A stretch of DNA of 64,000 bases, from positions 124,496,001 through 124,560,000 of the forward strand of contig JBITNC010000001.1 of assembly GCA_050084985.1 (NCBI GenBank), written 5' to 3'. A program made the position numbers and the translations under genes. Every line of letters starts with the position of its first letter. The stretch's first letter is position 1. Source of the stretch: Nageia nagi (taxonomy: Eukaryota; Plantae; Pinophyta). Below, piece by piece: positions 54,523 to 64,000 of this stretch. The notes under the pieces are model-generated. The model saw nothing but the letters and a program-made list of their open reading frames with translations. It made no database searches and was not told where the DNA came from.

Positions 54523-55000
54523 TGTTAGAATTTGTAATGAAATATTATGAATATCTAAACTCCTTGTAAATTCAATTAATCACTTAAAGGATATGTAGAT
54601 ACCTTAAGGGATTAATTGAATTATTTATTATGTAGACTTTGACTTTACCAAGTGGTTAGTTGGTAGGTTAAAGTTAGGTGATACATTTATTGTAACCCTA
54701 ACCTTACCCTTGGGTTAAAGGGAGGTTAGGGAGGTGCTCTCAAGCTATAAATAGAGGGCCTCTCCTCTTGTAACATAACTAAGTTTTTGGAGTAAGATTA
54801 CTCTACTAGTTGTGTAGAAGAGGAAGAGAATTGTTGTAAGAGGGGCATACTTGAGAATTGAGATACTAGTTGTGGATGTACTCCCAAGGAGGGAGGAACC
54901 ACATTACACTTGTGTTATCTTGTGTGAATGGTGTTATCTTGTGTATGATTGAGTTTCCTAGTCTTGGACCTTGAGGATTAGTTTAGGTCTAAATCCTTCA
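54523..55000 (+). repeat. Copia 5' LTR
   Basis: TG...CA, CTATAAATAG TATA box, direct repeat of 62717-63194. Confidence 0.97.
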
Positions 55001-55002
55001 AT

Positions 55003-55014
55003 TGGTATCAGAGC
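55003..55014 (+). promoter_or_regulatory. Primer binding site (tRNA-iMet)
   Basis: TGGTATCAGAGC 2 nt after the LTR. Confidence 0.95.
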
Positions 55015-55091
55015 TTGGTGTGGAAGCTCTTCTTCTTGGTGTGGAAGCTCTTCTTCTTGGTGTAGAAGCTCTTTTTGGTGTGGAAGCTCTT
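55014..55091 (+). repeat. 21-bp tandem repeat (about 4 copies) directly after the PBS
   Basis: CTTGGTGTGGAAGCTCTTCTT units. Confidence 0.9.
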
Positions 55092-55702
55092 ATTCCTTCA
55101 ATTTTAAGGTCTTGGTGAGGTAAATTCCAAGAGAAGGTATAAATTTCCTCCTCCTTTGGTTATCTTATGAATTATATTCATTTTGATACTAACATTCTTT
55201 TATGATTATGTTAGTTCACTTGCCTCAATAACATAATATATTATTGCTCATTTTGTTTGTTTTACTAACAATCTTTTATGTTAAGTGATTGGGCAATAAT
55301 ACATTATGCAAAATTTGTAATTTATATACTAACATGCATTTTGTTAGTTGCAATTTTTGGGTAAAAATTACTTAAAAGTAGCAATAATGTATTTGTGAAC
55401 ATTTACTATACACTTTGCTCATGAAATTTTGTGAAAATTTGTATTTTTTATTTTACACTAAATCTTAGTGTAGAAATATTAGAAAATTTCCAATTACAAT
55501 TTTTTATATACATTTTTTTGTATATACAAAAATAAAAAGAGGGAATTTTTTTTTTCCATTACCTTGTGAGGGGTCATATTGTTTGGACATTGTTTAAAAA
55601 TAAAAAAAAAGGGCAGGGCAAATAAAAAAAAATCCTTCAATTGCAATTTATAAATAAATAAAGCCATATAAAAATTATTATTTGGGGGGGTCAAATAAAC
55701 TG

Positions 55703-55976
55703 GCATGTGAACTGTTTGACAAAATGCCTCGCCATCCTGCACGTGACCTTGGAAGCATAGGGACAACATGCGAATTGTTTGAATGCTTCATCGAAGTGCA
55801 GTCTTATTCGCCTGCAATAGAGTCGTAACCTCCTCCTGTGGACTGCCATGATCGTAGGATATGCATGTCGAATATGCACACTGAATATGCATAAAACAGA
55901 TACATTGGAAGACTCTGCATGAACTATTTGACCAAAAATGCCTCCCCGAAATGCAAGCATTTCATGGACTTCAATG
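55703..55976 (+). pseudogene. Captured PLS-class PPR gene fragments
   Basis: ACELFDKMPR, LLWTAMIVGYA, HELFD/KMPPRNASISWTSM. Confidence 0.8.
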
Positions 55977-56370
55977 AAGCACAAAGAGTTGAATGCATTG
56001 ATGCTGGTTTAACCCCATGCGAATGACTTTCCCAACTGCAGGATTGCATTCCAAACAAATCATTTTTCCAATCAACTAAAGATGAACCATTTTTCAGATG
56101 ATGGATGATTCAGGATTTTTCAAAATCTTACACATCTGGAGATGTCACTCCTACAGAGGTGGCAGAGCATTTTTTTTTATCTGCAGTTGAGAAATCTTCA
56201 AATCAATCTCCTGGGATGTGCATATTCATAAGCTATGATCCTGAAGATATCTATGGGTAAGCTATAGAATCAACAGTGCACTATAAGAGAGGGAAATGCA
56301 AAATCCTTATGATGTTAGAAGAATTTCCAGGGGATCATCTAGTGGATCTACTATTGCTGTCTCTGCAGGA
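55973..56370 (+). pseudogene. FAAH: Captured, intronless fatty acid amide hydrolase (amidase-signature family) fragment
   Basis: EAQRVECIDAGLTPCE*LSQLQDCIP...FR*WMIQDFSKSYTSGDVTPTEVAEHFFLSAVEKSS...FISYDPEDIYG*AIESTVHYKRG, then NPYDVRRISRGSSSGSTIAVSAG (amidase signature); three stops explicable by C>T changes. Confidence 0.85.
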
Positions 56371-56466
56371 TATGCACCAAACAGATACATTGAAATAATC
56401 CATGAATTATTTGACACCATGCAAGATGCAGACCAAGTTTCATGGATTGCACTGATCGTAGGCTTA
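56365..56466 (+). pseudogene. Captured PLS-class PPR fragment fused to FAAH
   Basis: AGYAPNRYIEIIHELFDTMQDADQVSWIALIVG. Confidence 0.8.
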
Positions 56467-57984
56467 TACATGCCCCCTCCCTCCTCCCTCTCTTACCTCT
56501 TCATGGCTGCGATGGTCAACAACCACCCCACGTGACTTGCTGACTTCGCCCATGCTTATGCCGCCCCGATGAACTACCTTGGCACACCCCCTACCCACGT
56601 GACTTACCACCTCCACTGCCCTTTATGGCCTCCTCCTACCACCTTCACCGCCCTTCTACACACTTTGGTCTCCCCTGCCACCTCTGCCCAGCCTCTCAAC
56701 CTCCACGAGGCTTACACATGGCCACCTTTCCTATTTTTCAAACATAAGTTGTTGGGTCTTTAATTTTTTTTTACCCACTATAAAGGGATTTGATTTTTTT
56801 TTAAGTCTAGGTCAAATTAAACATTTAAGGGATTTTTCCTACAAACCTATGCTATTTTTAAGTAAACAAGGCAATATTTACTTAACATACATACTTCAAA
56901 AGACCAATATTAGCATACAAGTTTTTTAGGGATAACACATTACTTGAAAAGAAGGGAGGAACCATACTTAAACGAAATTTTTAGCATCCAAGTTTTAGAA
57001 CTTTAAGTAAAAAAGGGGGGAATTTGAATAATTTTTTACTTAAATCTTTATCTAGCTGGATCTTGCATGCTTCTTAACCTTGTTAGGATTAAAGCATCCT
57101 TAGTACTTAAAATTTTAAGTTAAATAATGCATGATGCATGTTTATTACTTAATTTTAAGTCATGGAATAATGCATGTTTAAGTTATGGATTAATGATAAG
57201 TAGGAATTAGCCTTTTAAATATTCATTAAAGTGTTTTTAATGAATTTTTGAACTTGAGCAAATGTATGCGAAATGTAAAAAATCCTATAGGGGTTAGTAC
57301 AAAACCCATTGGACTCTTAAGGTTTCAAGTTTCATGTGGATGAAGTATTTTTACTTTACTTTATATTTTTGCACAATTGCTTTATACTTGCAATACACAA
57401 AATATTGAAAGTAACCCTAAAATGAACACATCCGCATGTACTTTTCCACAACATGACTTGTTTGGGGAGCCACGAGGTGAGGATAGGGCAGACTAGAGCC
57501 TTTTTAGTCTGAAGACCCAAGTGGTGGTAAGTTCGTCTTAATTGCCCCTAAGACCTCTGTTGGATTGGACATAACTCTATTAGGTGGACAGATATGTGTG
57601 TAGTGATACCACATGTTTGCACGTCCATTCAGGGATTATCCTGATAACCTAGGAGGAAAACTAAAAACCTTAATCAAGATAATAAAAATGGCTGGTCCAA
57701 GATACGTCGGATCCTTGGAAAATAGTTAGTAATTCTCCTTGTGAGAGTATATTACTGACCAAGGTGAACTGGTTGAGGACTGGCAGTACCTGGGCTCCAC
57801 CTTGCAGGCATCCAGGTGAAGGCCTAATTCTATACAAGAAAACAACCTCAACTTTATCCTTCTATGGATCGTGGTTTATAAGTTTGCACATGTGGGACAT
57901 GTTTACTTATTAGATGTTTTATATGTATAGATGGAAAATTGTAAAAGTTTGCATTCTTATTGCATATTTACTTTTTTTGTAGCA

Positions 57985-60900
57985 ATGGTTGAAACCTTCA
58001 TACCCAAGCATATACTCAACGGTTCCAACTTTGGAATATGGGAACCTTGTATGAAAGCTGAGTTACAAGCAAGGAAGCTATGGCAGATAGTTAATGAAGA
58101 CTTGGTCACTCCTATTGATGAGAAGGCTCTTGAAGTATACAACTCAAAGAATGAGTTAGCAACTTCAATGATTTATCATGCAGTTTCAAATGACATCTTT
58201 CTCATGATCTCTTCATCAACATCAGCAAAGGAAGCTTGGGATAGGCTAAAGAAAATTTACCTGGGTCAAAATTTTCAAAGAGGTTCACTATTCTACAAAA
58301 GTTGTTGCAATATCGTCAAGGTGAATATGAAAGTGCCTCTATCTACTTGAACAAAATCATTGACCTCAGGACACAACTGGTTGGTTGTGGGTGCAACTGG
58401 ATCAATGATGAGTTCATGGTCTTCATCATTCTTCAAAGCCTTTCTACAAAGTTCAGTAACTTTGTCATGGTTATGGAAACAAGGCTCGATGATGAAGAAG
58501 ATGTCATCTCTCTTGATAACCTTTCTAGACTCCTTCTGAAGCATGAGGAAACTTTGAATAAGAAAATGTTGAACCTTTCTCCAAAGGACAATAGCATTGC
58601 TCTAGGAGCAACCAAAACCCCTTTCAAGAAGAAGTTCAAACATTATAAATTCAAAGATAACAAGTCCTCATCTACCTTCAGGAAGTATGAGAAAAAGGGC
58701 AACAATAATGGCAATTTCAGGCAAAGGAATGACAAAGCTAGATCAAGCCATCCAACACCTCAGGAAAAGTTTGATGGAAATTGTAACTTTTATGGCATCT
58801 TTGGGCACAAAGAGTATGATTGTCGTAAAAAGAAATTTGCTCAAAAAGGAAAGGGAAATGCAAATGTGAGAAATTTCAATAATAGAAAGAAGAACAAGCA
58901 TACTGCTATTGTTGCCTACTACTCAATGACTCAAACTATTTCAAATGATTGGATTGTTGATTCAAGATGCACTAATCACATGTGTTATGAAAAGGATAAG
59001 TTTGACAACTTTCATAAGTACAAGAAGGATGCAGTTGTGATAGGTGATAATACAATCCTTGATGTTCAAGGAATAGGGAGTGTGAATATTCATGGAAAGA
59101 TTCTTGATAATGTCTTTTATGTGCCTAAACTAAGGATGAATCTCATCTCTGTAATTCAGATTACAAGGAAAGGATACTCATTTGAGTTTAACTCACACTC
59201 CTGGTGTGTTAAGAAAGGACTTGCCACCTTCATGAAAGGATCAGTAAAGGATGACCTTTATATTGTGGATCAAGTTCCTTCAAAGATTTGTCTTGCTACA
59301 AATGTTTGTTCAAAGGGTAATCTTTGGCATCAACGATTAGGGCATCTTAACCACAAGAGTATTCAAGATATGAAAACTCAAGAACTTGTGGAAGGTTTAC
59401 CTAATATTTCAACCACAATTGGTCTTTGTGAAAGGTGCATTCTAGGAAAGATGAATAGGCAAAAGTTTGAAAAAGATAAGGCAACTCGGGCTACTCATCC
59501 TCTTCGGCTTGTGCATTCAGATTTGATGGGTCCATTTTAGACTAAGTCTCTAAGGGGAGCTTCTTATGTTCTAACCTTCATTGATGACTTCAGTAGGATG
59601 ACATTTGGTTATCTACTTGAGCACAAGGATCAAACTTTTGATAGGTTTAAAGACTTCAAGGCTCTTGTTGAAAATCAAACCGATTTTAAGATCAAGATGC
59701 TGAGATTTGATAATGGGGGTGAGTATAATAGCAATGAGTTTAACAACTATTGTGTTAAACATGGGATCAAGTGACAATTCACAATCCCTTACACCTCTCA
59801 GCAAAATGGAGTTGCTGAAAGGAAGAATCGAACCATTATGGAAATGGCAAGGTGCATGTTGGGTAACCTTCCTAGTTTCTTATGGGGTGAAGCTGTTCAC
59901 ACTACTATTCACACCCTAAATAGGTGTCCTACTAAAGCAGTTGAAGGTAAAACTCTGTATGAAGCATGGACAGGAAAGAAACCTAACCTCTCACACTTTA
60001 GGATCTTCGATTGTGATGCATTTGCCTTCATTACCTCAGAGAAAAGAAAGAAGTTGGATAAAAGATCAAAAAAATGCATCTTTGTGGGGTATGATAATCA
60101 GCATAGAGGTTACAGGCTCTACTCCTCATCCCATAAAATAGTCTTTGTTTCTAGGGATGTCAAGTTCAATGAACTTCTTGAGGAAATGACCTCTCATGCT
60201 GAGGTGTCTAATTCAGATGATTCTTTGCCTGCACCTAACTGGTTGGATGATCATGTAGGGAAGTCACCACAAGAGCAAAATTCTTCAGCTTAGAGAATTA
60301 CAAGGAGTATGACCTTGAATAACTCTTTATTTTCCAAAATTGATAATACGAATGAGCCATCAACCTTCAAAGAAGCTTCCAAGCAAGAGTGTTGGATGGA
60401 AGCTATGAAAGTTGAGTATGAGGTGCTCATGAAAAATGAAACTTGGGATTTGGTTCCTTATCCCAATGAAAAAAATGTGATTAGAAACAAATGGATATAC
60501 AAGGTCAAGTACAATTCTGATGGAAAAATTGAAAAATACAAAGCAAGGTTAGTGGCCAAAGGATTCGCTCAAAAATATGGTATTGATTATGAGGAAATCT
60601 TTGCTCCTATGGCCAAGATGCCTACTGTCAGGATAATCCTTGCTCTTTCTGTAGCTCAAGGATGGAAAGCTTTTCAACTTGATGTCAAGAGTGCATTTCT
60701 CAATGGTGACTTGGATGTAGAAATCTACATGAATCAACCAGAAGGATTTATTCTAGAAGGAAAAGAGTCTCTTGTGTGTAAGCTAAAGAAGTCTTTGTAT
60801 GGAATTAAGCAAGCACCTAGAGCATGGTACATGAAAATTTTAGGATTCTTTGCAGATATTAGTTTTTCCAAGTGCTTCTCTAACTCAGATCTCTATGTAC

Positions 60901-61901
60901 TCAATCAAGGAAAAGATGTGGTCTTAATTCTCCTTTATGTGGATGATCTTCTCATAACTGGTAATAATATTGAAATCATCCAAGAGTGCATCTCCAAACT
61001 GAAGGCAACATTTGAAATGACGGATCTAGGTCTCTTGCATTACTATCTTGGGATGTAAGTATACCAACACAAAGATTGTACTTATCTTAGTCAATCTAAG
61101 TATATATCAGACATCTTGCAAAAGTTTGGAATGGAGGAGTGTAAATATGCTGCAATACCTATTTCTCCTAGAATCGTGGTATCTCTAAGCTCAGATTCTC
61201 AGTTGGTTGATGCTACAGCTTATAGGCAATTGATCGGTAGTCTTCTGTATCTGACTATCTCTCGACCTGATATTACCTTTGCAATGAATCTAATGGCACG
61301 ATTCATGCAAAAACCATATGTTGGACACCTCAATGCTGTTAAGCAAATCTTAAGGTATGTGTCAGGGATAAAGGATCTTGCTCTTAAGTATTCCAAAGTG
61401 CCCTCGATTGTTCTCTTTGGGTTCTTAGATTATGATTATGGGGGAGATAGAGATGATAGAAAATCAACCTTTGCATATGTGTTTAGCATTGGTTCAAGTG
61501 CTATCTCTTGGGCTTCCAAGAAGCAACCTACTGTGACTCTTTCTACCATGGAAGTCGAATATCGAGCCATGTCTATTGCCACCCAAGATGCTATTTGGCT
61601 GAGGCATCTTCTAAATGAAATTAGGTATAAGCAAAATGGCCCATCTCTTATTTCTTCAGATAATCAATTGGCTATCTCTTTGGCTACGAATCGTGTGTTC
61701 CATCAGAGAACCAAACATGTGGAAATTCAAGCCCATTTTATCAGGGAGAAGGTTCTAGATGACATCATACATTTGAAGTATTGTCCATCTACTGAAAACT
61801 CCACTGATTTATTCACCAAGCCCCTTTCTAAAGCTCAGTTCAGCAAGCGTAGGGATTCTCTTGGGTTGGTGAAGTTGCCCTCAAGGGGAAGTGAAGTTTA
61901 A
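57985..61901 (+). pseudogene. Copia gag-pol polyprotein (frameshift near 58290 and several premature stops)
   Basis: Gag LNGSNFGIW, zinc knuckle, protease WIVDSRCTNHM, integrase HQRLGH...CERC and QQNGVAERKNRT, RT LYVDD, RNase H ISWASKKQ and RTKHVEI. Confidence 0.95.
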
Positions 61902-61949
61902 ACTTTTGTTAGTGATGACAACTTCACCTCTAAGAGGCCTTTTTGATTG

Positions 61950-62246
61950 TACATTCTATACCTCTGTGGTAAGTTTGCTCTGTGTGACAAACTTGTTGTA
62001 CAATTGTTGTTATAGAGTGTTGATTATTTTATACCTCCATGGTAAGTTTGCTCTGCGTGACAAACTTGTTGTACATTTTATACCTTCGTGGTAAGTTTGC
62101 TCTGCATGAGAAACTTGTTGTACAATTTTTTGAGCATATAATTGATATACCTCCATGGTAAGTTTGCTCTGCGTGAGGAACTTCTTGTACATTCTATACC
62201 TCCATGGTAAGTTTACTCTGCATGAGAAACTTGTTGTACAATTTTT
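61950..62246 (+). repeat. Five copies of a 44-bp core with variable spacers in the copia 3' UTR
   Basis: TACCTCCATGGTAAGTTTGCTCTGCRTGASAAACTTGTTGTACA at about 61959, 62032, 62081, 62148 and 62197. Confidence 0.92.
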
Positions 62247-62716
62247 TATGCTCTATTAAAAATCAACACATGACTATATACAATAGGTGACTATGAGTGA
62301 TGGCTTGGCATCTCCGTGATGACTTATAGTGCACCATTGATCAGTTATTTATAAGATGACATTATTTGATTCTCTTATTTGAATATATGATGCATCTAAC
62401 TGATTTTGTTCATGAGTTGCTTGTAGTATGCAGGATCTTCTTCAAAAATGCAGGTTACTCACCTTGTGTAAGCAAGCTCATGGAGACTCACATGTCAGCT
62501 TAAAGTTGATCGACTACTATGTATAGTGAAACCAGTTGTGGTTAATGATTGTATTGTAAACCATTTTTGTCAAATGGTAATGTAGTGAGTCTCAAACTAG
62601 TTCTCAAAAAGATTCTCAAATATGTAAATGTTCTCATCTCCACTTGTATCTCTATGGAGGAGAACTCTCTCTCTTCTCTCTTCTACGCTCTATCCCAATA
62701 TTGCATTAAGGGGGAG

Positions 62717-63194
62717 TGTTAGAATTTGTAATGAAATATTGTGAATATCTAAACTGCTTGTAAATTCAATTAATCACTTAAAGGATATGTAGATACCTTA
62801 AGGGATTAATTGAATTCTTTATTATGTAGACTTTGACTTTACCAAGTGGTTAGTTGGTAGGTTAAAGTTAGGTGATACATTTATTGTAACCCTAACCTTA
62901 CCCTTGGGTTAAAGGGAGGTTAGGGAGGTGCTCTCAAGCTATAAATAGAGGGCCTCTCCTCTTGTAACATAACTAAGTTTTTCGAGTAAGATTACTCTAC
63001 TAGTTGTGTAGGAGAGGAAGAGAATTGTTGTAAGAGGGGCATACTTGAGAATTGAGATACTAGTTGTGGATGTACTCCCAAGGAGGGAGGAACCACATTA
63101 CACTTGTGTTATCTTGTGTGAATGGTGTTATCTTGTGTATGATTGAGTTTCCTAGTCTTGGTCCTTGAGGATTAGTTTAGGTATAAATCCTTCA
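62717..63194 (+). repeat. Copia 3' LTR
   Basis: Direct repeat of 54523-55000, preceded by PPT AAGGGGGAG. Confidence 0.97.
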
Positions 63195-64000
63195 CTATGG
63201 CCATCAAATCACTCTCAATGAGGACTGTGAGAATGATGAGACTTGAAGCTTAAATTTTCCTCTACTCCTTGAACTAGAGGAGGAGCAAAGACAATAGATG
63301 AAAATGAATGCCCCAATAAAATAGAAGAACCAAAGGGTTTATACATCATATGAAATTGAATAACCACCTTTGATTGATGGACAACCAAGGGATGTTGAGA
63401 AACAACTATATTTGCTAAAGCTATAAGGGCCATAGGGGTTGGTTGTTCTTCCAACAAAATAGGTTAGTGGGGAACAACATTTGGTTCTTGAACTCTTTGT
63501 GAATGGTTATGATAGTTGAGAACCACTTGCCACTCTTCATTTCCACCCTTGATAGAAGCAATCGAAGCTACAAATGTTGGGCATGCAGAAGAGTTCCATT
63601 CTTTAAATCACACCATAAGTTGGCAATCTCAAATGTTATGATGATGTACCTTCAAATGATCATAACTTTTGATCTAACTGTTGAATCATCTTAAAATTTT
63701 AAGGAGAGTTAGATATCAGTTTTCATGATTCAGTTGCCACCTCCTCTAGGAGGGATGCCCCCAAATGGAAACTTTTTCAATCAGCCTAAATCCATCATTT
63801 AGTGCCTCAAAATTAGCTTTTAGTGTCAATTTTTAGGATTTTCCAATAAGTAGACTTTAATATCTTTTATTTTAGAATTTGTTTAGGGGAATAAATTGGG
63901 AAATGACTTAGTCTATGCTAACTAGGCTTATATGCCAAGTTTGGTTGTAATCCAAGGAACTTTCTATTTTTAGAAACTTTCTATCTTTCTATCTTTAGAA

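Larger units (their letters stand above)
54523..63194 (+). mobile_element. Ty1/copia LTR retrotransposon, full-length, defective, with host-gene cargo in its leader
   Basis: 478-bp LTRs (54523-55000, 62717-63194; about 7 mismatches by eye), TSD CTATG, tRNA-iMet PBS 55003-55014, PPT 62707-62716, gag-PR-INT-RT-RH order. Confidence 0.98.
49822..63700 (-). mobile_element. L1-type LINE remnant interrupted by the copia element
   Basis: A-rich tail at about 49822; endonuclease (NIRGL, CLQEIKV near 54260-54380), RT (KIDFEKAYDRI near 52530-52560), zf-RVT region near 50700-51000; sequence resumes after the copia TSD at 63200; 5' boundary approximate. Confidence 0.8.

Noticed and set aside
56296-56535. 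Functional amidase-PPR fusion protein
   Set aside because: The upstream FAAH part has three stops, the catalytic triad is incomplete and the GGSS motif is mutated; treated as pseudogenic cargo.
61950-62246. CRISPR-like repeat-spacer array
   Set aside because: Eukaryotic retrotransposon UTR, irregular spacers of about 5-30 bp that resemble one another, and no cas genes.

Overview
Eukaryotic plant DNA, most likely a gymnosperm (inferred from the giant TE-filled introns and the TE families present). There is one intact host gene: a plastid-type class I glutaredoxin of the GRXC5/S12 subgroup (active site WCPYC, 194 aa) on the minus strand. Its five coding exons (41175-40838, 38377-38304, 18974-18900, 931-905, 596-526) span about 40.6 kb, with introns of 2.5, 19.3, 18.0 and 0.3 kb. 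The ORF track misses most of this gene. The rest is nested retroelements: a chromovirus Ty3/gypsy inserted into an older chromovirus, six or seven solo or truncated LTRs, L1-type LINEs carrying an extra 3' ORF, two RTEX-like LINEs, hAT-type MITEs and tRNA-like SINE heads. Upstream of the gene is a relatively young Ty1/copia element (54523-63194). Its 3-kb leader, apparently an intron, carries an intronless chimera of host PLS-class PPR and fatty acid amide hydrolase (FAAH) sequence. This captured cargo is the most unusual feature. Other notable features are U3 module swapping among LTRs, an array of GGTAAGT/hairpin repeats in the copia 3' UTR, and the LINE accessory ORF. All calls are by eye; no searches were run.
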